In this document: piece by piece, positions 39,715 through 50,067 of the stretch
Position numbering within the stretch: the stretch's first letter is position 1
How the letters are laid out: the number at the start of each line of letters is the position of its first letter
Source: Candidatus Fraserbacteria bacterium
GTDB lineage: Bacteria > Bipolaricaulota > Bipolaricaulia > RBG-16-55-9 > DRXL01
Assembly: GCA_947085185.1 (NCBI GenBank)
Contig: CAMTVK010000007.1
Coordinates: forward strand, 64,001-128,000
Direction: 5' to 3'
DNA: 64,000 nt
The notes under the pieces: model-generated
Told to the model about the DNA's origin: nothing
The model's input: only the letters and a program-made list of their open reading frames with translations
The model's database searches: none
Made by a program: the position numbers and the translations under genes

Positions 39715-42174
39715 ATGAGAAAAGCGTTGGTATTTCTGGTGGCGGTAGCGGTTCTCGTTCCCACAGTGGCTGTGGTTGGCTTTGCTCAGCCCAAATGCGT
39801 CCCCGCTTGTTCGGAGAACCCCAAGGTGATGGATCGCGACCCCATCGAAGCATCGGCGGAGTTCAAGGGTGGTCAAGTCCAAGCTGGAGGCCTCAAGCCT
39901 ATTGACCTGGAGCCCAACCAAGAGCAGACCTTCGGGCTGCCCTCGGGCACCAAGACTGTCGTCATCACTGCTGGGGAGGGCGATCTCACCTATGTGCTCA
40001 CGAAAGTGGTGGGCACGGGCGCGCGCGCAGTGCGCACTAAGATCACCGACGGGGCTGTCCCGGCAAAGCAATCCGTGACCGTGACCGTCCCGGCGTTCGA
40101 TCGTGCCAAGCAGGAAGCTATGGAGCTGACTGTCACGGCTGGCTCTAAGAAGACCTCGGTCTCGCTGGTCTTCCAAGGGGCTCCCGCCGATGAGACCGTC
40201 CTGCCACGCGTTGCGGTAGAATTAGAGATTTCCAACCAGGGGCCTGAGGCCGTCAATTACGAAGTGAAGGACGCGCTCAACAGGACTGTGAAGAACGCCG
40301 GCAAGGATGTGAAGGGCTCTATCGGCAAGGGCGAGAAGGCTGTTGTCGGCATCGAAGAGAGCCTTGGGCCCAATCGCGTCCTGCAGATCAGCACCAAGGG
40401 TGATGCCAAAGTAGATATTAAGATCTACTTTGAGCAGATCCCGCAAGCCCATGAGATCGGCAAAGGCATCTATGCCGCGACGTCGATCGCTCGGCCGCGC
40501 ACCCTCAATCCCATCACTTTAACGGATACAGCAAGTGCGCTCATCGCCGACCGGCTCCATGACACGCTCTTGGATGGGCCGGTGGGCGCGGAGACCGGCG
40601 CGATCGCCGAAGCGTTCGAAGTCACCCCCGATCGCAAGACCGTCACGTACACCCTGCGCAAGGGCGTCAAGTTCTCCGACGGCACGCCCATCACTTCAGA
40701 GGACGTGCGCTTCACCTTCGAGAACTTGGTCTACCCCACGGATATCGCCACCAGCATCCGCGATGTGCTCTACTGCAAAGGCGGGAAAGACCTGCCCACC
40801 GTCAAGGTGATCGATGAGCGCAAGATCAGCTTCACCTGCGCTGCTCCGGCTGCACAGGTGCCCTTCCCCATGACGGGCTTTGTGGAGATCCTCTCCAAGA
40901 AGAACATCTTGAAGCTCGCCCCAAACGTGGAAAAGAGCCCGAAAGACTTCAACAACGTCTATGGGGTGAACACCAAGCCCGAGGACATCGTGGGCGCGGG
41001 GCCGTTCAAACTGAAGAAGCTCGACCCCAACACGATCGCGGAGTTTGAGCGCAACCCCTTCACCTTCCGCGTCGATGAGAAGGGCAATCAACTGCCGTAC
41101 ATCGCGGGCATTCGCATTCTGCTGGCGCCCACCCAAGGGCTAGAGCTGGCGCTGCAGCAGTTCCGTAACGGCCAGACGGACTTCTTGGGTCCGCGCCCGG
41201 CAGATATCGCGATCTTGCAGTCGGACAAGGCCGCCGGACGACTCCCCATCAACGACGACATTGACTCCGGCCAAGCGGTGTTCGGCACGGAGTTCTGGGT
41301 GGTGAGCTGGACCACGAAGAACCCCACGCTGCGCGCGGCGTTTGCCAACAAGCAAGTGCGCTTCGCGTTCTCCCATGCGTCGGATCGCGCTTCGATCGTG
41401 AAGAACATCCGGCTCGGCTTGGGTACGGAGATCTACTCGCAGTACTCGGTTCCCAGCCCCTACCACATCGAGCGGCCCGGCCAGAAAGCGGACGTCCTAG
41501 CCCGCTGGGAGCAAGCGAAGAAGCGCTTTGACTTAAAGAAGGCCGCGGAGATCTTAGATAGCTTGGGGATCAAGGACACGAATAACGACGGCATCCGCGA
41601 GATCCCTGCGAACTTCGCCAACGACTTCGGGCCGCAGACCAACCCCGCAGGGCCGTTCAAGTTTGAATTGAACACCAACGTCGGCAACACCCTGCGCGAG
41701 GAGATGATCAAGCTGCTCGCTTCCGATCTGAAGAAGATCGGCATCGAAGTCACGGCTGTGCCCAAGGACTTCGCGGCTCTTGTTGATCAGTTGACGGTCG
41801 GTGACTACGAGGCGATCTTGATCGGGTTGACGGGTGGTCCAAGCGCTGCCAGCGGGATCAACGTCTACACGTGCGACGGCAACCTGCACTTCTGGAACGT
41901 CAACGCCGGTCCAGGCTGCGCCAACGCCACCGAAGACGAGAAGAAGCTCGATGCGCTCTATCGTCAACTCGCCGATGAGACCGATGAGGAGAAGCTGCGC
42001 CAGCTGGCGGATGAGGCCCAGTTCGTCTTTGCCAATCACCTGCCGTATATCCCGTTGACAGTGGGGAACGGCTTGGCGGCCTTCCGCACGGACACGATCC
42101 GCAATCACGGGCGTGCGCCGTTGGGCAACCAGCTCGTGCTCTTCTGTAAAGGCGGGCGCTGCCGCGGTGGGTAA
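39715..42174 (+). CDS. Family 5 ABC solute-binding protein with ~240 aa N-terminal extension
   Basis: Signal peptide; PRTLNP, YTLRKGVKFSDGTPITSEDVRFTF, GAGPFK, GNQLPYI, TNVGNTLRE. Confidence 0.88.
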   Translation: MRKALVFLVAVAVLVPTVAVVGFAQPKCVPACSENPKVMDRDPIEASAEFKGGQVQAGGLKPIDLEPNQEQTFGLPSGTKTVVITAGEGDLTYVLTKVVGTGARAVRTKITDGAVPAKQSVTVTVPAFDRAKQEAMELTVTAGSKKTSVSLVFQGAPADETVLPRVAVELEISNQGPEAVNYEVKDALNRTVKNAGKDVKGSIGKGEKAVVGIEESLGPNRVLQISTKGDAKVDIKIYFEQIPQAHEIGKGIYAATSIARPRTLNPITLTDTASALIADRLHDTLLDGPVGAETGAIAEAFEVTPDRKTVTYTLRKGVKFSDGTPITSEDVRFTFENLVYPTDIATSIRDVLYCKGGKDLPTVKVIDERKISFTCAAPAAQVPFPMTGFVEILSKKNILKLAPNVEKSPKDFNNVYGVNTKPEDIVGAGPFKLKKLDPNTIAEFERNPFTFRVDEKGNQLPYIAGIRILLAPTQGLELALQQFRNGQTDFLGPRPADIAILQSDKAAGRLPINDDIDSGQAVFGTEFWVVSWTTKNPTLRAAFANKQVRFAFSHASDRASIVKNIRLGLGTEIYSQYSVPSPYHIERPGQKADVLARWEQAKKRFDLKKAAEILDSLGIKDTNNDGIREIPANFANDFGPQTNPAGPFKFELNTNVGNTLREEMIKLLASDLKKIGIEVTAVPKDFAALVDQLTVGDYEAILIGLTGGPSAASGINVYTCDGNLHFWNVNAGPGCANATEDEKKLDALYRQLADETDEEKLRQLADEAQFVFANHLPYIPLTVGNGLAAFRTDTIRNHGRAPLGNQLVLFCKGGRCRGG

Positions 42175-42197
42175 AGCTTAAAAAAGAGCAAGTCGGT

Positions 42198-42238
42198 GCG
42201 AGGGTGCGAAGGTGACTTCGCGCCCTCGCTTGTTTTTG
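42198..42238 (+). terminator. Intrinsic terminator
   Basis: gcgagggtgcgaag-gtga-cttcgcgccctcgc followed by ttgttttt. Confidence 0.75.
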
Positions 42239-42244
42239 TTGCCT

Positions 42245-42540
42245 TACTACTACTACTACTACAGAATATATATTCTATATAGTAGTAGTAGAGGGGGCCA
42301 AACCCTGTGGAAAACTTTTCGACCGACCGGTCAGTCGACGATTTTTCTTTTTCTTAAGAAGAAAAAGAAGAATTACTATACAGATGTCGGGCTGTGGAAA
42401 ACCCTGTGGAAAACCTGTGGAAATCCTGTGGAAAACTCCTGTGGAAAACTCGGCGGGAAAGTTTTCCACAGGCGATTTCCACAGGTTTGGGGGAGTTATC
42501 CACAGGTTTTCCACAGCTTTATCCACAGGTTTTCCACAGG
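42245..42540. other. oriC: Probable chromosomal replication origin oriC
   Basis: 12 DnaA-box-like 9-mers (6 TGTGGAAAA/T, then 6 TTTTCCACA/ATTTCCACA/TTATCCACA), AT-rich palindrome and (TAC)6/(TAG)4 trio tracts; predominant gene strand switches here. Confidence 0.85.
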
Positions 42541-42632
42541 ACTGTGTCCCCTCTTCACGTGATGGCAGCGGTCACTACGAGAGTTCGGTATAATGGTCCC
42601 AACAGAATAAGCAAGAACAAAGGAGGCTTAGG

Positions 42633-44111
42633 ATGCTCTACAAGAACTACATTGACGGCCAGTGGGGCGACTCTGCGACGGGCAAGACGTTCAAGTCTAT
42701 CAATCCTGCGGACACCAGCGACGAGCTTGGGGAATTTCCCGCTTCTGACGCGCGCGACGTCGAACGCGCCGTGGACGCTGCCGATCGAGCCTTCCACGAG
42801 TGGAGCAAAGTGCCCGCCCCCAAGCGCGGCGAGCTTCTCTTTGAGATCGGCGAGCGCCTCAAGCGTCACAAAGAAGATTTAGCACAAATTATGACCCGCG
42901 AGATGGGCAAGGTCCTCAAAGAAGCCCGCGGCGACGTCCAGGAAGCGATCGATATGGCGTACTATATCGCCGCGGAGGGCCGGCGGCTCTTCGGACACAC
43001 GACGCCCTCGGAGCTGCCCCTCAAGCATTGTCTGAGCTTCCGACGCCCCGTGGGGCGCGTCGGGGTGATCACCCCGTGGAACTTCCCCGTTGCTATCCCA
43101 GCGTGGAAGATCTTTCCGGCGCTAGTCGCGGGCAACACAGTCGTCTGGAAGCCAGCGACCGACACCCCGCGCTGCGCCTACGAGCTCGTCAAAATCTTAG
43201 AGTCAGCGGGGCTGCCCAAAGGCGTTGTCAATCTCGTCTTTGGAGGAGGCCGCGACGTCGGTATCCCCTTGGCCCAGCACCCTAAGATCGATATGCTCTC
43301 GTTTACTGGGTCTACTGAGACCGGACGCGAGATCTATCAGTATGGGGCAGCCAAGCTCATCCGGGTGCACTTAGAGATGGGCGGGAAGAACCCGATTATC
43401 GTGCTCGAAGATGCCGATCTCGATCTCGCTGTCGATGGGATTCTCTGGAGCGCCTTCGGCACGACGGGCCAGCGCTGCACCGCGTGCTCGCGCTTAATTG
43501 TCGAAGACGGCGTCTATGAAAGACTTTTAGAGAAGCTCGTCGAGCGCACCAAGAGGCTGCGCTTGGGCAACGGGCTTGATCCCCAGACGGACGTCGGCCC
43601 TGTGGTCAATCGCTCTGCGCTAGAGAAGATCGCGCGCTACGTCGAGCTGGGCATCAAAGAGGGCGCCAAGCTCTTATGTGGCGGCCAGATCGCCAAAGAC
43701 GGGGCTTTAGCCAAGGGCTTCTTCTTCCAGCCCACGATCTTCGCCGACGTCACCCCTACTATGCGCATCTTCCAAGAGGAGATCTTCGGCCCGGTGCTCT
43801 CGGTCGCCAAGGCCAAAGACTACGACGAGGCGATTGCGCTTGCGAATCACACTTCGTATGGGCTCTCGTCGTCCATCTATACGCGCGATGTCTTTAAGGC
43901 CCATCGGGCGATGGACGATCTGGAAGCGGGGATCACGTATATTAACAGCGGGACGATCGGAGCCGAAGTGCACCTGCCCTTTGGTGGGATAAAGAACACC
44001 GGCAACGGCGGGCGGGAGTCGGGCTGGACGGCTATTGAAGAGTACACCGAGTGGAAGACCATTTATATAGACTTTTCAGGGCGCTTGCAAAAAGCTCAGG
44101 GGATCGATTAG
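42633..44111 (+). CDS. NAD(P)-dependent aldehyde dehydrogenase
   Basis: [44 protein letters not shown]. Confidence 0.95.
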   Translation: MLYKNYIDGQWGDSATGKTFKSINPADTSDELGEFPASDARDVERAVDAADRAFHEWSKVPAPKRGELLFEIGERLKRHKEDLAQIMTREMGKVLKEARGDVQEAIDMAYYIAAEGRRLFGHTTPSELPLKHCLSFRRPVGRVGVITPWNFPVAIPAWKIFPALVAGNTVVWKPATDTPRCAYELVKILESAGLPKGVVNLVFGGGRDVGIPLAQHPKIDMLSFTGSTETGREIYQYGAAKLIRVHLEMGGKNPIIVLEDADLDLAVDGILWSAFGTTGQRCTACSRLIVEDGVYERLLEKLVERTKRLRLGNGLDPQTDVGPVVNRSALEKIARYVELGIKEGAKLLCGGQIAKDGALAKGFFFQPTIFADVTPTMRIFQEEIFGPVLSVAKAKDYDEAIALANHTSYGLSSSIYTRDVFKAHRAMDDLEAGITYINSGTIGAEVHLPFGGIKNTGNGGRESGWTAIEEYTEWKTIYIDFSGRLQKAQGID

Positions 44112-44230
44112 CGTAATTCACATCACATACAGTGGGGCGCGGCGCTCGGTATAATGGAGCCCAAAGCAAGAGAGCAGTCTGTAGCTTACTGGACTTTGAA
44201 GACCAAGATGTCTTGTGAAGGAGGTTTACC

Positions 44231-46648
44231 GTGAGGTCCGACGCAGCCAGACGCGCAGCACAGGTTTTTTTTCTGGTGATTCTCTCGCTGGTGATGCTGA
44301 GAGGGGGCACGAGCGGAGCGCCCGTTGTGCTCGATATCGCTGACGCCAACCAAGATGTCACGATCTTTGGCGCGAACGCCAAAGACTTTCTGACGGACTT
44401 CAACTCGATAGCTATCGGCGATGTGAACGGGGACGGGGTCAATGATCTGATCTTAGGCGATCCTGCGGCCGATGTCGAAGAGGGCGACCGCCGCGACGCC
44501 GGAAAAGTCTATATTATATTCGGCCGAGCCAGGCTTGAGAAGACGTATGACTTGGCCAAATCCCACGCGGATATCGTCGTGACGGGGGCGCGTGCGGGGG
44601 ATATGCTGGGCACGGCAGTCGCTGTCGGCGACATCAACGGCGACGGTCGGCTCGATTTAATTATTGGCGCATCGGGAGTTGACGGCCCCGATGGGCTGCC
44701 TGAGCGCCGCCGCGACGCCGGAGCGGTCTACGTGCTTTTTGGGCGCCCCACCCCCAACAAAGTGATCGATATCTTTGATGGTGACCAAGATATGACGATC
44801 CACGGCGAGTCTCCTGGGGATCGTCTTGGCGCTGCGGTGGCCGCAGGGGATCTCAACGGCGACGGCATCGCTGATATAATTCTCTCTGCGACCGACGCCG
44901 ATGGCCCGCGCAAGGAGCGAGCCAACGCCGGACAAGTCTATGTGCTCTTTGGCAGCACGAGCCTGCCGCGCACGATCGACCTAGCCCGCCAGAACGCCGA
45001 TATGACGGTCTTTGGCCGCAACGCGACCGATCAGGTGGGCAGCGTCGTGGTGAGCGCCAACGTCAATGGGGACGGCTTTGAAGATGTGATCATCGCGGCG
45101 CCTCAGGCCGACGGCCCCGGCAACGGGCGCAACAACGCCGGGGAGGTCTATATAATTTTTGGGGCGACCACGCTGCCTGCCCGTGTAGACTTGGCCAAGG
45201 ATCGTCCGGACGTGTTGATCTACGGGGCCGACGCGGGGGATACCCTGGGGGTCTCGGTGGCGTTTGGCGACGTTGACGGTGACGGTGTGCATGATGTGAT
45301 TCTTGGTGCTCCTGGGGCGAGCGGGCCCCAAAATAAGCGCTCTGGCGCCGGTGAGGTCTATGTGCTCCTGGGCAGTTCTGTGAGAGGGGGAGTTCATGAC
45401 TTCGCTTTAGGACAATACGATATGATCGTCTACGGTGCGGAGGCTGGGGATCGGCTGGGGCGGGCGGTCGCCTCGGGGCAGATCGGCGGGGCGAGCTTCG
45501 CTGAGCCCTTCTGGGATATGGTGCTTGGTGCAGACTCCGCCGACGGGCCGGAGAACAAGAGATTCAACGCTGGGGAGGCATATCTGATCTTAGGGCAGAG
45601 CCCCTTGCCCAGGACGGTCGATCTTGCGGCCAAGGACGCGCCCGTGACGGCAAGCTTTCTCGGCGCCCAGAGCGATGATCGTCTGGGGAGCGCCGTGATT
45701 GCTGGGGACTTAGACGGCGACGGCTTCGCCGAGGTCATCTTGGGCGCGCTCAACGCTGATGGGGAAGGGAATTTAAAGCCCGATTCTGGCGAAGCGTATA
45801 TCTTTTTTGGGAGTCGCTTTGGCCCGCCCAAGCCACCCAATCAGCCCCCGGTTGCCAACGCCGGAGCTGATCAGACTGTGACCGTCGGGACGCGTGTGAC
45901 GCTCAACGGGACTCAATCGAGAGATCCCGACGGTGATCCCATCGCATTCCAATGGCGCTTCGTCTCGGTTCCTGAGGGGAGCGCGGCTGAATTGACAGAC
46001 GCAGACACGGCCAAACCGACGTTCACCCCTGACGTCGTGGGGGAGTATATTCTTGAGCTGGTCGTGACCGATCCTGACGGGGCCACAGGGTCCGATCAAG
46101 TGAAGGTCACCGCTACGGCAGCGCCGACACGCATGAAGGGCGATGTGAACGGCGACGGCAAAGTTGATATTGTGGACGCCAAGCTCGCGGCCGAATTTAT
46201 CGTGGGCTTGCGCGATCTTGATGGGCCATCTCGCTGGGCCGCGGACGTGCGCGAGCCGTGTCAGCCTGCCCCAGGAAGCCCCCAGAATATTGACGTGACC
46301 GACGTGCGCTGGATCGCGGAGTTTGCTATTGGCGTGCGCACGGAGATGTTCTGTCTTGAGGTGCCCATGCCTACAGCGTCAACGAGGGAGCTGGCGCCGT
46401 TGCGCGTGCGCCCGCTGCATAGAACTGTAGAATTCTCGGCTCCCGCAGGCACCCAGATCTCCGTGAAGATCTTCGACATGCTGGGTCGGGTCGTCTATTT
46501 TGCAGAATCGGCTTCGGGGGTGCTGCGGTGGGCGCTCGACGATGTCGGCGGTCGACCCGTGGCCAACGGCGTCTATCTGGCAGTGCTGGAGCTTTGGGAC
46601 GGGACGTATGGCACGCGCGCGGTGCGCAAGCTCATCGTGCGTCGGTGA
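44231..46648 (+). CDS. Secreted FG-GAP (integrin-alpha-like) propeller + PKD-like + dockerin + T9SS-like C-terminal domain
   Basis: Seven GDxNGDG..D.I.GA...DG...AG.VY..FG repeats; NQPPVANAG..DPDGD; GDVNGDGKVDIVD; IFDMLGRVV...VANGVYL...RKLIVRR. Confidence 0.88.
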   Translation: MRSDAARRAAQVFFLVILSLVMLRGGTSGAPVVLDIADANQDVTIFGANAKDFLTDFNSIAIGDVNGDGVNDLILGDPAADVEEGDRRDAGKVYIIFGRARLEKTYDLAKSHADIVVTGARAGDMLGTAVAVGDINGDGRLDLIIGASGVDGPDGLPERRRDAGAVYVLFGRPTPNKVIDIFDGDQDMTIHGESPGDRLGAAVAAGDLNGDGIADIILSATDADGPRKERANAGQVYVLFGSTSLPRTIDLARQNADMTVFGRNATDQVGSVVVSANVNGDGFEDVIIAAPQADGPGNGRNNAGEVYIIFGATTLPARVDLAKDRPDVLIYGADAGDTLGVSVAFGDVDGDGVHDVILGAPGASGPQNKRSGAGEVYVLLGSSVRGGVHDFALGQYDMIVYGAEAGDRLGRAVASGQIGGASFAEPFWDMVLGADSADGPENKRFNAGEAYLILGQSPLPRTVDLAAKDAPVTASFLGAQSDDRLGSAVIAGDLDGDGFAEVILGALNADGEGNLKPDSGEAYIFFGSRFGPPKPPNQPPVANAGADQTVTVGTRVTLNGTQSRDPDGDPIAFQWRFVSVPEGSAAELTDADTAKPTFTPDVVGEYILELVVTDPDGATGSDQVKVTATAAPTRMKGDVNGDGKVDIVDAKLAAEFIVGLRDLDGPSRWAADVREPCQPAPGSPQNIDVTDVRWIAEFAIGVRTEMFCLEVPMPTASTRELAPLRVRPLHRTVEFSAPAGTQISVKIFDMLGRVVYFAESASGVLRWALDDVGGRPVANGVYLAVLELWDGTYGTRAVRKLIVRR

Positions 46649-46801
46649 CGCGTGCTACTTCTATGCCGTGACTTAAGTTACATACAGGGTGCACGGCATG
46701 GGCTACAATGGCAATGATGAAAACACTGACAAGGCAGGTCATCACTTATGATGAGAGACTCTAGTCGGCGCACCGGTGAAGGGAGGTCCTCAAGCGTGGG
46801 T

Positions 46802-48886
46802 ATGAGAAAGAGAAGCTGGTTGCTCGTGCTGATGCCGATATTCGTGCTGGGGTGGGCGGTGGGAGCGTTGGCCGACGACGAAACCGACGTGTTCAACGCC
46901 AACGCGGGCAACACCGAGCCCAATCCCAACCCAGGAGAGAACTTCGTCGTCATCCAGGACGTCATCGTGGCTGATCCAGGACCCTTCGGGGATACGACTC
47001 CCGATAGCTTCCCCACGGCGATCGAGACGGTGACGGTTCGCAAGGCCGGTGGGACTCTTGAAGATCACTTTGTCTTAGCGTTGCGGCTCTATCTCGATGA
47101 CGGCGATGGGCTCTTTGACCCCACGGTGGACCGACTCTTAGGGGCGGTCAACGCGCCCCGGCTGAGCGCAGGGGTTGTCTTCGGCACCCGAGGGCAGCTC
47201 TTGGTGCTGGTGCCCAACAGCGGCTCAGTGGAGTTCTTCGTCGTTGCTGATTTTGCCAACGACGCGCCCGATGGGGCAACCCTGCGCACCAGTTTTGACT
47301 TGACCGTCGGGGATAGCTTGATCGGCGGGCCGACGACGAGCTCGCGCATTGACAGCGCGACGTCGCTGCCCATCTTAAATTTCGATGCGGGGCTGCCTGT
47401 GCCCGTGGGGTTCATTCGCATCACCGCGGCGACGGGCGACGCCGAAACGGACGTCATTGATGAGACCCCCGCGCGCACGGCCAACCCCGGAGATTCTATC
47501 GTCCTGCAAGAGTTCTTGGTCTCCGATCCCGGCGTGTCGGGCGATGCCGTGCCTGATGGGCTGGGCACGCTCATCCGCACGGTCACGGTCAGAAAAGTTG
47601 GCGGGACGATCTCCAGCGATAAGATCTTGAGATTGAGGCTCTTTCGGGCGAGCCCGCGCACCCCGCCAGGGTGGGATGAGCAAGACGAGCTGTTAGCTGT
47701 TGTGAATGCGCCCAATCTGGAGCGCGGCGTTGTCTTCGGCGACGGCGGCCGACGCTTGGTCCGCATCAACGACAACTCCGAAGAGAGATTGTACGTCGTC
47801 GCCGATCTGGCGCCGGTGGGCTTCGTAGACGGCGACACGCTGCGCACCAGCGTGGAGATCGTGGCCCGCGACGACAAGACCGACCCGGGCGAACAATCTT
47901 CGGCGATCGAGACGCCCATGCCGGTCGCGGCTTCCAATCAGCTTGTCGTGAAAGTTCCCCCGCCGACGCTCATCGTTGGCTCAGCGTCGATCGTGGGCAA
48001 GACGAAGATCCCCATCTCGATCAGATTTGTGCCTGGGCCGGGGCTGGGCGAGCTCCAGATCGGCCCCGACGGCGCCCTGACGTTCGATCCCACAGTCGTC
48101 CAGGTGCTCAACATCAAGGGCGTTGGGCCGTATATCGTTGACTCGGTCAATATTGATTCGATCGAGGGTCGGGCGCAATTTGCGCTCACGCTCAAGCCGG
48201 GACGGACAGCCCTCAACGAAGGGGTCATCGCTGAGATCGAGGTGGACAAAGCCCCCGGGGCTCCCCCAGGCGAGTCCGTGCGCATAGATATCGAAGACAT
48301 CGAGGGCCTTGAGGTCGTCGATGTCTTTCGTGACGCGGCCGGGCGCGATCTGTTGCCCGATATCGTCCCTGGGGTGGTCACGATCAAGCTGCTCAAGGGC
48401 GATGTGGACGGCGACGGGGTCGTGACGGTGAGCGATGCGCGCTTGGCGGCGCGGTTCATTCTGGGCATGGAGACGCTCTCCCCCGAGCAAGAAGAAGCCG
48501 CGGATGTGGCGCCGCCCTTGGGAGTGATCGATGCGACCGATGTGCGCTATATCGCCCAAGCGGCGACGGGCCTGCGCCGGCTGGAGCAGCCAACGAGCGC
48601 GACGCTCACCCCGCAAGCACGCCCGACGCATCGCGTGACGGCGAAGCTGCGCGCCGGCACCCTCGAAGTGCGCGTCGCAAGCCAAGCCGTCGCCGAGACG
48701 ACCGTCAGAGTCTTCACGCTCACCGGAAAGTCTGTGACGACGGTGCAGGCCTCCGGACCGACGGTGCGTCTTAGCGAAGGCGATCTTGCCGGACTGCCTA
48801 ACGGCGTCTATCTCTATACAGTCACGGTCTTAGGCCCTGATGGAGTCTGGCAGAGCGACGTGCGCAAGTTCTTGTTGATACGCTAA
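46802..48886 (+). CDS. Secreted protein: two unknown repeat domains + cohesin-like + dockerin + T9SS-like CTD
   Basis: Signal peptide; duplicated ~140 aa domain; LTFDPTVVQV cohesin-like; GDVDGDGVVTVSDA; VFTLTGK...LPNGVYLY...RKFLLIR. Confidence 0.85.
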   Translation: MRKRSWLLVLMPIFVLGWAVGALADDETDVFNANAGNTEPNPNPGENFVVIQDVIVADPGPFGDTTPDSFPTAIETVTVRKAGGTLEDHFVLALRLYLDDGDGLFDPTVDRLLGAVNAPRLSAGVVFGTRGQLLVLVPNSGSVEFFVVADFANDAPDGATLRTSFDLTVGDSLIGGPTTSSRIDSATSLPILNFDAGLPVPVGFIRITAATGDAETDVIDETPARTANPGDSIVLQEFLVSDPGVSGDAVPDGLGTLIRTVTVRKVGGTISSDKILRLRLFRASPRTPPGWDEQDELLAVVNAPNLERGVVFGDGGRRLVRINDNSEERLYVVADLAPVGFVDGDTLRTSVEIVARDDKTDPGEQSSAIETPMPVAASNQLVVKVPPPTLIVGSASIVGKTKIPISIRFVPGPGLGELQIGPDGALTFDPTVVQVLNIKGVGPYIVDSVNIDSIEGRAQFALTLKPGRTALNEGVIAEIEVDKAPGAPPGESVRIDIEDIEGLEVVDVFRDAAGRDLLPDIVPGVVTIKLLKGDVDGDGVVTVSDARLAARFILGMETLSPEQEEAADVAPPLGVIDATDVRYIAQAATGLRRLEQPTSATLTPQARPTHRVTAKLRAGTLEVRVASQAVAETTVRVFTLTGKSVTTVQASGPTVRLSEGDLAGLPNGVYLYTVTVLGPDGVWQSDVRKFLLIR

Positions 48887-48893
48887 ACCCTCT

Positions 48894-49865
48894 ATGCGAA
48901 AGATTCTTCTCAACGCTCTGCTTGCTCTTGGCATAGCGGTCTTGGTCGTGGGGTGCTTTCCAAAGCCCAGTGGGCCCCAGCCCCCACAGGCCCTCTTTTC
49001 GTTCAATCCCATCACCCCCAAAGTCGGCGATGACGTCGTCTTCGACGCTTCGGAATCGAAGGACCCCGACGGACAGATTATTGAGTATCTGTGGGATTTT
49101 GGCGACGGCTCGCCCACCGAGAGCGGCCCTATCGTCCTTCATGCCTACGAGAGCGCCGGACAATACACGGTCAAGCTCACCGTCACCGACGATCAGGGGC
49201 TGTCGAACAGCTCAGAGAAGAGCATTACGGTCGTGGCCAGCCAAGCGAGCGCCGTGAAGAGATCTCTGCCCGCGCCGGCCCAAGGCCCCGGGGGGATCGC
49301 CTGGGACGGCTCAGCCTTGTGGGTCGTGGACTCCCTCGATTTGATGAATTATAAAATTTACAAAGTAGACCCGCAAAGCGGGAGCGTGCTCAGCTCCTTT
49401 GAGGTGCCCACGATCGAGCCCGATGGGCTGGCGTGGGACGGCAGTCGCTTATGGCTCGTAGACGGTGTCGAAGGGAAGCTCTTACAGATTGATCCGTCGA
49501 GCGGGAAAGTCTTAAAGACGCTCAACGCGCCGGGGCCGTATCCCACGGGGATCGCCTGGGATGGCGCGGCCCTGTGGGTCGCCGACGCCGACACGCTCAA
49601 GATTTACAAGATCAATCCTGTGACAGGGAAAGTGATCGACTCGTTCGACGCCCCAGGGGACTTTCCGACGGGGCTGGCCTGGGATGGGAAGTTCCTCTGG
49701 CACCTAGACGCAGTCAGTATCTATAAGCTCGATCCTAACGGTGGAGCGGTCTTGGCCGAATACGAAGCGCCGCGGGATCGGCTCTCTGACTTGACGTGGG
49801 ACGGGCAGTTCTTGTGGGCCACCGACGAAGAGGGCAAGCAGCTGGTGCAGCTTGGGTTTGAGTAG
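48894..49865 (+). CDS. Lipoprotein with PKD domain and WDG-repeat beta-propeller
   Basis: Lipobox-like VVGC; DPDGQI..YLWDFGDG; five P.G(I/L)AWDG..LW..D-type repeats. Confidence 0.85.
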   Translation: MRKILLNALLALGIAVLVVGCFPKPSGPQPPQALFSFNPITPKVGDDVVFDASESKDPDGQIIEYLWDFGDGSPTESGPIVLHAYESAGQYTVKLTVTDDQGLSNSSEKSITVVASQASAVKRSLPAPAQGPGGIAWDGSALWVVDSLDLMNYKIYKVDPQSGSVLSSFEVPTIEPDGLAWDGSRLWLVDGVEGKLLQIDPSSGKVLKTLNAPGPYPTGIAWDGAALWVADADTLKIYKINPVTGKVIDSFDAPGDFPTGLAWDGKFLWHLDAVSIYKLDPNGGAVLAEYEAPRDRLSDLTWDGQFLWATDEEGKQLVQLGFE

Positions 49866-49871
49866 TATTGT

Positions 49872-49945
49872 TTGAATCACGGAGAGCACGGAAGTGGGGC
49901 ATTCTTCCGTGCTTTTTATATCTCTCCGTGCCTTCCGTGATTCAA
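49872..49945. repeat. REP-like element family A copy
   Basis: ttgaatcacggagagcacggaa ... ttccgtgc...ctccgtgccttccgtgattcaa. Confidence 0.8.
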
Positions 49946-50067
49946 TCCCCCATAGTAACGTAGATTACTGACGTCTGGCCCCTGGCAGGGTATCATAGGT
50001 CCAGCTGGCAGGGAAACGAGCGGACGCGCCAACAGCGCGATCTCCCTGAAAACACAGGAGGTGCCTT

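Noticed and set aside
42393..42538. CTGTGGAAAAC repeats as a CRISPR array
   Set aside because: Units are 9-13 bp with no unique spacers, switch orientation and match DnaA boxes; no cas genes
42212..42593. ORFs 42212..42562, 42275..42526, 42384..42593
   Set aside because: Low-complexity translations (YYYYYY, KKKKK, VENP) of origin repeats
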